DNA of 64,000 nucleotides from Klebsormidium nitens (taxonomy: Eukaryota > Plantae > Klebsormidiophyceae): contig DF237252.1 in NCBI GenBank assembly GCA_000708835.1, positions 43,162-107,161 on the forward strand. Reading direction: 5' to 3'. The notes under the pieces are model-generated. The model did no database searches and was not told the DNA's origin. It saw only the letters and a list, made by a program, of their open reading frames with translations. Position numbers and translations under genes: made by a program. Below are positions 1 through 11,800 of this stretch, piece after piece; within the stretch, counting starts at the first letter, position 1, and the number at the start of each line of letters is the position of its first letter.

Positions 1-170
1 ATTAAGCATAGTGGAAACGTGTGACGAATAGGAAATAATTTGTAAAAGCGGTGACGTGAGCCCTGGGTGGAGCTCCCGAGGACCGTCTCCCGCCGGCTGG
101 GGGGGATCCCCACGCCTGGAAAGTGTAAGAACAAGGTCTGTAAGCATTGTGGAAACATGTGACGAGAAAC
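1..170 (-). repeat. Intronic direct repeat (~138 nt period) containing a degenerate acceptor + G1-box exon start of the histidine kinase
   Basis: taagcatagtggaaacgtgtgacga (3-27) recurs as taagcattgtggaaacatgtgacga (141-165). An acceptor at 116-118 is followed by GVGIPPSRRETVLGSSTQ, a degraded G1-box. Confidence 0.55.
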
Positions 171-454
171 TTATGGCGGAGCAGGTGAACAAATAGGAGC
201 ACCAAGTAGGAGCACAAGGTATTCTGGAAGAATAGCTGTGACGGTATGTAATGAGAGAGGTGGTAGAAGAGTGTTCTGACGAAATAGGTGCCACTGTGCG
301 GATCAATTCCGTGGTTCCGAAGCTACTTTGTCACCTCAAATGGCACGCACATTTGGAGATTCTCATGAAGAAGAACGCAAGCTAGCTCTCGCGAACCGTG
401 ACTCCATTTTGTAACCTGCAGCCTGTAAGTAATCGCGAGTAACAAGCAACTCAC

Positions 455-3400
455 CGGTGTCGTCGACTTCGAAGACGACCGTTATGTTTCTCGACCGCTC
501 CGCCTTCCCGCCGGGCAGTATGACCGCTTTGAGCTTGTTTGCATACTCCGCGATCCAAGTGGATAGTCCGCTGTCTCGAGGGCCTTCGTCGCCGGACGAC
601 GCGCGGACCTGGTTTAAGCTCAGCTTCCTCGACACCGTTCGCGCCAACGTGCGTAGCACTTTGGGGAGCGGCTTCGGCGAGCTTGGGGCGCCTTGCGACC
701 CGGAGAGATATGCGCGGACCACGATGTGGCCTTCGTGTGTGAACTGCAGAGAGGATCATCAATAATATCAGGCTTCACCAGAGTTTCGATGCTCCAACCT
801 TGCTGGAGATGAGTCGGCTTTGGCCTGCGCACAAAGCGTTTGAATCGAAGGGGAAAGCTACGATAAATGGCACCTTTTCACAGATCCACAGCTTTGGCGA
901 TCACAATTGCTCATTTCTTATGATTGAGTGAAGGCGATCATGGCCCCATAGTAGTCTCGTGAAGGTCCTTCACATAGGAGGGGAGAGAGTATATGCCCAG
1001 AGACTCACCGTCACGGCGTTCCCCACGAGGTTCGCCAGGATCTGCCGCACGCGCGCGCAGTCCCCGACGACCCTGCGCGGCAGGCAGTCGTCCAGGTCGA
1101 GAGCTAGAGCGACATTCTTTTTGGCGCACTGCACCGCGAACATGTCCACCAGCGCCTCCAGCTCCTGGCCCAGATCAAACGGGCCCGTCTCCAACGTCAG
1201 CTTGCCGGTCTCCACCTGGATGTCCACGTCAACCAACGTCAGCGTCCGCAAGTAAGCGCAGGGGACGCGGCCGAAGTCCGCGGAAGGGACATCTTCCGAA
1301 AGCGTCGAAAGCGTTGTTGAGACATGGTAATGAGATAGGCGAAGCAGCTCGGTTTTGCCGGTTAAGAGGATGCAGGATCTCTACGCCGCCCTGCAAATGT
1401 ACCTGAGAGTGCCGATTTCATTTTTCTCGATGATACTTTAGTAACAGCATCTCCCTTTAGCAGGTTGATTGGACGCGAGTTTGGGGACCAGGAATTATTA
1501 TGGGCCCGTGGAATAGTTGTCAGGTAGCTGCAAGGCAAAACCTACGGCGCATTCTTTCACGGCCGCAAAATGCAACGCGGCGGCATTGCTCCAAGAATGC
1601 CAGACGTGCTGCTCGCGCTTGCATACTATTGACTCACCTTTCGAGTAGAGCACAAACCGGAAAGATAGGTATATGAGCATCGACTTCTGGTTTGAGGCAG
1701 AGTCGCTTTGAACACCAAAGTCGACTGTCTAGAAAGATGCTCCACGAAGATCGAGATTGTGACTTTCTAGTTTAATAGTAGAAGGCCTGCAATCTCGATT
1801 GCAGGAGCCACCAAAACCGCCCGAGCGAGCAGCCTTCCGCTAAGGACAGCTCACCTTGGACAGGTCGAGGATGGATTTGAGGAGGTCCAGCAGCTGCAGC
1901 GCGCAGAGCCGGACCTGCTTCAGACTGCTGCGCTGCTCGTTCTGCAACCGACTGTCACCCAGCAGCACCTCCAGCAAGCCTGAAACGAATATACGTTCAT
2001 GTGAGATGTTGAAGGATGAGGGTTCAGTACAAGATTCGTTTGAGATGTTCAAAGATAAGGGTCGAGTGCTCAATACGAAGAGGCCATGCAGTTCCAGAAA
2101 AGAAGGGCTGTGCTGCTCGTATGGCAACCGACTGTCGCTAAGCAGCCTTGCCAGCAAGCCTGGAGTAAGTCTAGATGTGCGACAGAGGCTCGGAGCTTGA
2201 GAATGTTGCTTGCTCCTTTAATCACATGACACCCTTATTTTCGGCACAATCTGCTGCCGAAACATTGGAGTCTAAAACTGTAAGGTCCAACGGCGAGATG
2301 AGCACCTGAGATCTCTCTAGAGCATCGAGTGGAAGTCTGGACACGCTTCAGTCGCTCTTTGCTTCAGAAAAGAAGAGGCGACATTGAACTTCATCTGGCG
2401 CCAAATGTTTTCCGTGCACCGATTGATCAACATCTTTTCGACGTTAGCTGATTGGATTCCCTCCACCTTACCTGCTTCCGCCTTAGAGGCAGAGTCATGC
2501 GACTCGTCGAGTTGCCGAAGCACACTTAAACAAAAAGTTACATGAAGTTTCGGGTTTAGACGTCCCGCTTCACCTATGATGCAGCAGAGGGGCGTCCGCA
2601 CGTCGTGGCTCATGGCCGCCAGGAACTGGCTTTTGTAGTCTGAAGCTTTCTCCGCCTTCTCCTTGAGCTGCAGACTGTTGATCAGCTCCGCCCGGAGGAG
2701 CATCTCCCGACTAACCCGGCAGGTTAGCAGCACAATCAGCACGCAACCCAGGACGAGAACCCCGGCCGTAGTGGCGCTGATGATAGTCAGCTCACGGCTG
2801 GAAGTTCTGTCGATGTCGTCCCAAACGACCGACCGAGGGATGGCCATAACCGTGACCTGTAAGAGGTGTAAACTGTGCAATTTAAGAATGAGCAGGGATG
2901 GGCATAATTGTAACCTGAAGCGGTGTAAAGTGGCGCAGATAGGTGCTAACCACGTGAGATTAAGGGTTGCGGGCTAGCCGTTGACTTGCAGGCTGAGGCT
3001 CAGCAGAGCTATAGCCAGCGATGCTAGCTTGAACATTAGCGCCAACCGCCGAAGAGCTTTTTCGTTGGTAAGGCCCGGTAAGGAGAAGGCAAATTTCTCC
3101 CGCGTTATTTAGGGGGAAATAACGGACCAAGTATTTGGAGAGCTGGGACAACTCAAAGGATTTTAGGGTGTGCTGACACAAGCAGATCAAGAAGAGCGCA
3201 AAGCTGCAATCCTTTTCGATGAAGCTTGAGAGTGGAGCGGATCCAGAATAACGCACCAGTGTTCTGGCTTCGACCACAATCTGGAGATGGGAGAGGTAGT
3301 ACTCGCCCCCAGCCAATCGCACGTTATCATGAAAGCTCGTGACCCCAAGCTCAGGCCAGCCTTCGACAGCCGCTTCAGCAACAAGAAAGCGCGCGGAGTC

Positions 3401-6053
3401 GCGCATGATCGGGTTGGAGGCGTTTGCAGCCAGCACGATCAAGGACTCCGAAGCTGCGGTCAACACAAAAAGTTATAATTTCACAAAACGTTCCTGGACG
3501 ACAAACTGAGCCAGGTTGCCCAGAGCAAATTCCCTTGTACAAGAAACTTTTCTCAGCTTAACCTATGTGAGTCTACTGCAGGGCAATCCCAAGGAAGTGT
3601 ACCGACCTTGGGTGATAAGAACGCCAATCGAGTCGCTATTTGCTTGAGGAGAATACTGCAAGCCTCCAGTGAGAGCCCTTGAGGATTGTCGATGTGATAC
3701 CCCTTACAGTATGAACTGCTTAGCTTGCTCGAAACGAACCATTGAAACTAGGTACCCCCATGGATATTATCGACGTATCTTTCGTATGAAACGCGACTCC
3801 ACCAAGTCGACTTTCTCTTAGCTGTGCCTAGTCTTTCCTTACATAAACTTGCAGCCTCCACCATTGGCTAACTCAGAAGCAACAGCAAACGATAACATCT
3901 GTTGAAGCAGACTCAAAATCAATTGGTGCTTTTCTGTTTCCGAAAGCGTAACCAGGAGGGATCAGGATTTCTTACTGATGACCGTCGAGTTGTAGAGTCC
4001 GCTCATGTCCGAGCTGGAGATCAGCCTTCCGCTTTCTGCTTCAAAGACGTACAAGAGTCCGGCGTGCTGTGGCCGGATGCTCGCGAGGAGAGTCGTCAGC
4101 GTGACGGTGGTCGATGTCCCCAGCGCGACTCCGAGGGTTACGTTGGTAACCGGATTCCTGACCACTTGAGCAGACAGGAAGACTAAGGTACTATTGTAGG
4201 CCCACTGCACCAAAGGAGGCAAGGCTGATTTGGTCGAAGATGCAAGGGAAAGTGCGTATTTTGTTTTTGGTGGTTGGATTTGGACCAACGACTTAGTTTT
4301 GGAGGACAATCCGAACCTGCGAAGTCTGATCAACCTGACCGTTTCAGAGTTGCCGCATATCTTGTACCCCAGCAGTGTCCTTGCGCCAGCTCTGTGTATG
4401 ATATGGTCCCAACTAGAAGCCTGAGCACGACCAGCCTATAGCTGAATCGAAGGTGCCAGGGATTGTCTTTTGCGGTTGAGCAACACCGTCTCATAGCTTT
4501 TGCTGCCACCAATCAAGCAGAGACCGGCACTACTCACAACGAGGCCCCAGGCCATTTTCCCGGTGATCATAGTCTCCCTGTACGGTGCCGTCTCTCTGAA
4601 GTCCCCGGGGGCCGCAGGTTTCGGCCGGGAGGTCGGGTTACCGAACAGGTCCACGTCTTGAATGAACAAAGGCATGGTCGAGTACCCGGTCGAGCTGCTC
4701 GGGGGGGGGCTCGAACGGTTGGCGAAAAAGTGCCGGATGGCGCCGTCGTCAAAGCGCCGGAAGCCGCTGACAAGGCCGTCTAGAGTCTGGAATCGGCAGA
4801 AGCTGGCGTTCGGGGACGACAGGAGAGTTGCCAGGATGAGAGGAGAGACCTGGAGACGAAGAGGTTTGGAATCAGGGTGATGTGCGTATATGAGAGCGTA
4901 TTTCCACCCCTTGGCATCGAAAGAAATAGGCGAGGGGACGTGAAACCCCATGGTGGGAAGTGTGCCCCAAAACGGAGCACGAGAAGCGCGGCAGGAAGTC
5001 GAAAGCGTTCAAAATTAAGGGACTTCTTTTCTAGAAATGCTAAAGGCAAGAAGGGGAGCTTCAAACAGGAAATGGCATGAAAAGCTTGGGAGCTCGGAGA
5101 AGGAAAAAAGCGACCGACATTCGGTAATTAATCTGGCATGCTTCAATGTTGAACCTATGCTGCCCTACGAAGCACTTTCAATCAAGCAAATACCTGTGCA
5201 AAAATCAATGAGAAAACCGCAGACTTCGGCTTGATTTAGCTGAACGACTCTTTGTACTTTGTAAAGTTGCAAACGGATTGAGTCTTCTTCTAAAGCCAGG
5301 AAAGTAGACAAGAAAATGAGTGATTGTATACTAGTAGGGACACAACGTTTTGACAAAACATGCAATGAACAGAATTTTCCGTTCAACGTTGGACGAAGAG
5401 ACAGAGCTTACGACCCATTGCTCGGTAGGCATCAGCTCTAAGAGGACTTGAAGCCGAGGTGCAAATCTGGCAACCTTCCCTTCAGCATCTGGATACTGTT
5501 GCTGCTTGTTTAGACTGTGAAAGTTGGTGTGCCTCGCACGACCACAGACTTTTAAGCTTGAGTGGCCTTTCTGTGCTGAGAGCTGGATGCATTACAGCCG
5601 CATTTCGCTCGTTGAATGTACCATCATTGCAATGGATTCAAGGTGCACAATTTGGCGACAGCTCAATGTTGAAAGGGATGCTTGTGACATCAAACCAAGT
5701 CTCTTACATCTTGGTATCTGCTGCATGAATGACCTGCCACCCTTTGACCTTCAACAAAGAGTAGGCACAACATGGATCCTTACCTCCTGCTCAATCACGC
5801 TGATCTTTGTCAGGTTAGCAGTCCGTATAGTCGATGATAGGGCCATAGTCGTTGCAATTTGCCTGGCCATCTGCGTTGTCGCGCTCAGATACTTTGAGAA
5901 AGACCTTGCACCGAAGTCGAGAGAGTGCGCCTGATTCTCTCCAGTCAGTCGCTCAATGTTGCGCCGCGCCGTGACATCCATCTGATACCAGGTCGAAAAG
6001 GACATGGCTGCGACCAACACACACATAAGGACCTGGATGCAGAGGAGAAGCAA
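455..6053 (-). CDS. Multi-exon transmembrane sensor histidine kinase, AHK1/CKI1 clade (partial; 3' exons lie before position 1, exact start codon unresolved)
   Basis: Exons at about 5794-6053 (TM1: VLMCVLVAAMSFSTW), 4480-4800, 3980-4180, 3245-3440, 2574-2856 (TM2 + VSREMLLRAELI..YKSQFLAAMSHDVRTPLCCIIG, H-box), 1855-1979 (LLKSILDLSK), 1009-1215 (VETGKLTLE..FDLGQELEALVDMFAVQC..GDCARVRQILANLVGNAV), 455-743 (FTHEGHIV..VVFEVDDTG). GT-AG borders checked for the last four. Closely parallels recalled Arabidopsis AHK1 (VSKEMKLRAELI, YKSQFLANMSHELRTP, FDLGRELEGLVDMFSVQC). Confidence 0.9.
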
Positions 6054-8883
6054 GAGTCAGGGTGGTGAAGCATAATCTTACATCTAAGAAGCACAGGCGT
6101 TGCCTGTAGAACTTTGGAAAGCCTTGTCGACCAGACTCTGGGGCTCAGCAGCAGGCAAGATGGTAAAATACCTCCACGTCCTTCTGGAAACAAATGATCA
6201 ACCGATCAGTATGACAAGAGTACATTGGTGTGCAGGGGCGGAGAGATTCAGAGGGAGGAACCGGTCTGTGACTCTGTTCATTGCTGACGTGAAGGATATT
6301 ACAGAAAGAGTGACAAGGATGGTATGAGAAGGACTGAGCTCTTGCAAAGGACCCTGGCTTTGCCTCCAATATCCTGGATTCAGTCAAGTCACTTCACGCC
6401 TCTAGCACCATGGCACTTTCTATTGCATCTACCCTCAAGTATACCAATTCAGGCTGGGCACAGCTTCTTTAAGGACAGCTTATTACCATGATTCCCAGTC
6501 GAGTGATCAAGACCATATGGTCAAATCCACCCCGGTTCCTGTGCTCCAGGGACATGGATGCCTGTCTTTCTTCCCCCATGACTACCCCTTTGACGGTGGA
6601 TCCTCCTTTTCGGGATGGATCACGTAAAGGCATCTAGTGACTTGGCTCCAAAGTCTGGACAACTCAGCTGATTTGTGCTGATTGAGTTGAGCTTCTCTGC
6701 AAGTATGTCTGAGCTCATTAGAGCCGGCTCACGTACTTTCCAACGCTGTTGATCTGCATGTTTGCTCACATCCTACATTTCCACATTATTGATGCTTTTC
6801 ATGCTGCTCAATCACAATGAGCGGCACTTCACCCAACGCCCCTGTGCTGTGCTTCCATGCCTTTTCAGCTCGTTGTATTCCCCCAGAACAAGGAATTCCT
6901 CCCATCATGCTGCTAGCAAGGCATCAAACGCCGAACAACCAACTCGCAGGATTATCTGATAGGAAGGACCTGGAGTTCTCTGCAAACTGCATCTAAGGAA
7001 AGTATTTTGTAGAAAAGCCTGAGGTTCTTCTATCCTGCTGAGATTGATCTCTCTGAACAGCTTGCGGGTGGCGTCAAAACGCCAGGGAAACCTGTTGTGC
7101 AGGCAGGTGAGAAGGAGCTAGTAGTTTTTGTTGCGCATTCTGCAAGCAGGGAGGGGGCACATTACAGCCTTCCTGCGATGTCCATTTTGAAGTCCTTGAT
7201 TGAATAACAACGAGCTCGATGTCACTGACGAGCAGCAACAGCTGCGAAGCGCTCAAGTCCCTTAAGTTCTCAGCTTTTGTGCTCAGACATTCAAAGAGCC
7301 TATAGTCGCAAAAGCAGTCGGCCCCTGATTCCAGCCAGGGCCTCAACACAGATTGCTTACTCCGGGTCATCCCTGTACGATAGCCCAAGCTGGTAGATTC
7401 TCAGAAACGAAGCAGAGCAAGCAGAGGCCATGCTCGCCCCGAAGCGGAGCCAGACTGCGTGCAGCACCACGCTTCTTGCGTATCATTGATGTCAATCTCA
7501 TATTATGCTCTCTTTCAGAACTAGGGCCGTGCCGCACGGCATGCGACCCGCATCCGGGGCGTCGCGTGTACGAGCCATGTGTGGTTGCTCAATGAATTAA
7601 GCTCAGATCGAAGGTGCAACCATGAAAGGTCTGAGACGATGAGGTCTCGTAATAGTCTCAGCCAATCACACTAGAACAGTAGGAAACTGTAGGATACCTA
7701 CCTGTGCCAGTGGTGTGCGGTAGTTTGTCAGTCCGACTCAGCTACCGTGGTGGCCCGGTTGAAGGTGATCCTAGTAGCGGCCCGCGGCCCGCGGGCCGGC
7801 CGTACGCCGTACAGCGCACGGTTATGGGTGTGCACGTGTCGGCCCGCGGGCGGGATGCAGGTGTTACCCAGGTTACCAGGCCAGAACAGGGACTCCGACT
7901 CCCAGGGAGGGGCCCGATACGATACGGCGCCCAGCTGTGCGTTGGCTCGCGCCGGGTGCCCACTGCCGTGTCCCCGGTTCCATGAGAATCATATCTACCG
8001 TACCTACCTATCCTACGTGATATTACCTACCTATTTAACAGGCAACAGTTCCCTATCCAGTGCACTTCCAGTCGTCCGATTGAGCAGCAGACGGCAATTA
8101 CCGTCGATCGCATGCAATTTAATGCCCAAAACCTACTTGCCACGTGTCAGATTCTCTGCACTTGCCGCGTACCACGTGTCCACACGGACAAATATGTCAG
8201 TCGACGGTTGACGGTACTGTGACCTTGCGAGTACTGGCGTCCCATGAAACATGAGCCGTTTTTTCGGATGCGGTCACAGTACGGTAGGTGTGTGTCAGGT
8301 ACCTTAGTACTGTAGCAGGTACCCACGTGACACACAGAACCGTATCCAAGCAAGCCAGTACTACGTACCATTCTGACAGTAGGTACGTCCATGTAAGAAT
8401 CATTTTGTCGTCAACCGATTTTATTAGTGGCTCAGCCAATTATGGTTCAGAATTCACGCGCGATCATACATGAAGGGAGATTTCCTTTATCCATACATAC
8501 AATTTGCAATAGAAGATACGGTACATGCAATGTCTTGGACGAAGCGCGAGCTCGAGCTCCTCTATCATTGTGTAAAGGTCTTGCAAAAGTCTGAAATTGG
8601 ATCTCGAACCATGTAACATGTTATACAGATTCCAAATGAAGTTATACTGCTCCACAGGCCATTCTACTTTAAGCACTTGATTGATCATGCACTTTCGACT
8701 GAGTAACTCGATTTAAAGAGTACAACTCATGTGTTACATTCAGTCTCGCACGTTGAAGAGCATGAGCAAGCAATGCATGTACAGGATGTGTGACATCACT
8801 ATCCTCTGCACTATTGATCCAGGATGGGTGCGCAAATCCAGTGGCAAACCGATTATCGACCTGTAGGACTGTCCAGCTTTGTC

Positions 8884-11800
8884 CTATGACGCATCGCCTT
8901 TCCCTTTCTGAGCTATGCTGTCGTCCGACGCTGCAATACTCTCAGCAGGAGGCACGACTTCCGTCTTATACTTGACAACTTTGCTGTAAATCATGGAGTA
9001 GCTATTGTCCCACTTCAACGTGTAGCTCCCGGCACCCAACGAAAAGAAGTGGCCTTGGTGGGACTCGTAGCGGGTGTATGGCAGCATTGGCTGCAAGCAC
9101 GGAAGTCAATCTTGGGACGTTCACAATGACCCATGAGGAATGCCTTTCGCAGAATCTGAGCCGAGAGGAGTAAAGAACGTAGGTTTGAGAAACGAGGGGC
9201 AACCTAACCTTGCTGCAGACCTCAGGGGGTTCAGGCGAGCGGGTCTCACCATTTTCACCTTGTTCTCATCGGCGTAGTCCACACTGAACCCGACGTCCTG
9301 CGAAGAGGAGAAAGCACTTTCAGCATCCGGAGAACAATTCGGTGGATGAATCGACTTCAGACAGCCGCAAAGCGTACGGACACGGAATTCGTTTTTACAC
9401 CCCATCATAGCCTCCTCATTCAGAAGCACTGAGTTGAATCGGCCTTCAAAATCGGCTTTTAGAACTCCTAAACCAACAGGTGTCAACCTGAAAGGTCCTG
9501 ATCGCTCTTACGTTTATGTGCGCTTGTCAGGCCCTTGGCATTTGAAAACCAATTTGATTGAAGGAGGCTTCTCTCTTGCAGTTTAAAAACCAGGAGCCTC
9601 CATCAGACTCTCGGCGTGGCACACCTGCAATAGTCTAAACCCTTCGCAAATACAATCATGTGGAAAGAAAGAGCACTCGCTCCATTCGAAAACGGTGCTT
9701 TTTAGAGATACGCTCGATTCTTACTCGCCGACCATCCACGCTGAAGTCCCACGCGATCATGGTTCCCTCCCCTTCCGTGGCTAAGGTCACCTGCAAGAGC
9801 AAGGCAACAGGCGTCTCTCCCAGAACTTAAATCTGACCATCTTGCAAGCAGATCATAGATCCACCTAACCATTTGGATCGACTATTTCACAGTTTTCCGT
9901 ATTCTTCCCTGGAGTCTCGTGACTTGGGAACGACGGTATGGAGCACCCGGCACGTCATCAACAGCTCATAGCAGATACGGTACTGACTTTACTATTCAAG
10001 GTTTGGGTTTTTAGGATGTTAAGACTCCTGAATCCGCACTAAGGTGCTCGATCGATACAAACCGGGTGTCTCAACCAAAAGCGTCTCATCAAAATGTGTC
10101 GGTAGTCCCGCCCTCCGAACTGACCGCTTACTCGAACACCAATCCGACTTACCTCAAAGGCTTCTCCCCTCGCAATAGTCCGTTCTTGGAACTCGTCCTT
10201 GACATCTTTCCTGCAACCGTCCAAAAGATAGCGTCAACAAGTGAGCATTATGGAGTTTCGATGCGTAATGAGAACATCTGGAAAACCCGTCTCAACCCGG
10301 GTGCAATGCTGACATAAGGAGGCAGTTTTTTGCTCAGCAAAACGACCAGACAGCTTCGAAAGTGCTCTCATGCTGCGAGTAGAGGGGACTTACCCGGGCT
10401 CGAGCGCCAACGCTTCTGATGCTTCGATCAGGAATGGCGACTTGTCGAACACGTTCCTGCAGGAGCAAATTGCGGTGCCTAAACGAATATGGATAGCAAA
10501 TTAGGAGCTCACAAGGAACAACTCGAAGGAAGGTGCCCTAGATACAATATGGATGGCATATGGTCGAAATTGCACCCGGTTCTCTGTAAGAAGACCTTGC
10601 ACAGATCAGCTTATGTCGAGTCAAAGAAACGAAAGAACTCGAGCGGGACGTGGATAAGAGTAGATCAAGGGAAGTATGAGGACACGAAACGCTCTGCTTT
10701 GAAAGTCGGCAGTTTTCGTCACCTTTTCTGCCTGTGGTTGTATGGAAGGAGTGTGGAACATCAAATAGTACGGACCCTAGCACCGCTCTGACTTACCCGA
10801 TGAAACAAAGAAACCGTTTCGTCTCGGAAATGTACAAGCTGGTCGCCTCCTGCAGTACCGCCTCAAACTCGCTCGACCGTCTGCGAGAAGAAGCAATCAC
10901 CGTGACCTTGACAAATGCTGCTGGAAAAGAAATGACTTCGATTGAGCCTAGAAGCTCTGCAACCCGTCCGTTACGACCTGTCAAATGTCTTCTGCTGCTG
11001 TAAGAATTCGTATCAAGCAATGAAAATTTCCAGAGGGTAAGGCAAGGATGGCTCTGAGGGACTGGGCGACCATTGATCTGAGCCCTGAGGGAAGTAAAAA
11101 AATAACGCTTCGAAGACAACCAAGTACCGACGTGCAGATCAAAGCTCTACAGGCCCCTTCCCCAACCTGCAGAAGATGCCAGTCTCTCGATAGTGGCCAG
11201 ACTACTGACCCTTGTCTTGCAGAAAGACAAAGCAGGCACCCAGCGGGATCGGATGATAGAAGGTCTTAAACAAAGATACATCATTGTGAAACTCAACAAA
11301 ACTCCTCCTTGTTGGGAAACGCCGAAGCCTTCAAAGAAGCTGAGTCGTGCACAGAGGGTGATCTGATAAGCGCTTCTGCCTCACGAACAAACGCAACTCC
11401 TTCAACCTCGATGAAAAGCGAAAGCAAAAGCCAAAGCCCTCACCCAGCGGTCGAGTCGTGCACGCTCCACCACGCCGCAACAAACATCCGTATGTGGTTC
11501 ACGAATGACGTCAGCTCGTACAGCGGCGGGCCATATCGCTCGCGCTGCTCCTCCATGGGGCCGTTGTGGTCGTTAATCTGGCGCACAAAGTCGAGCAGCA
11601 CCTGGGGCACCCCGGCCAGGTACGTCACCAGCACGCGGAACATGCCCGTCGCGTTCCCGAGAGCGGCCAGCGTCTTCCGCCTGTAAATCTAGGAGATTGC
11701 TGACGTCAGAAATGTCATGGTCGAGGCACGGTGAACAGGGGGGAAGAGGATAAGAAGCAGGCGAGTCTATAGAGTCCAAAATGCCGGTCGCGTTTCCGAG

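Noticed and set aside
7695-8009. 9-nt direct repeat tacctacct as a Mutator target-site duplication
   Set aside because: The enclosed sequence has no terminal inverted repeats and the motif occurs a third time nearby, so it is likely low-complexity.
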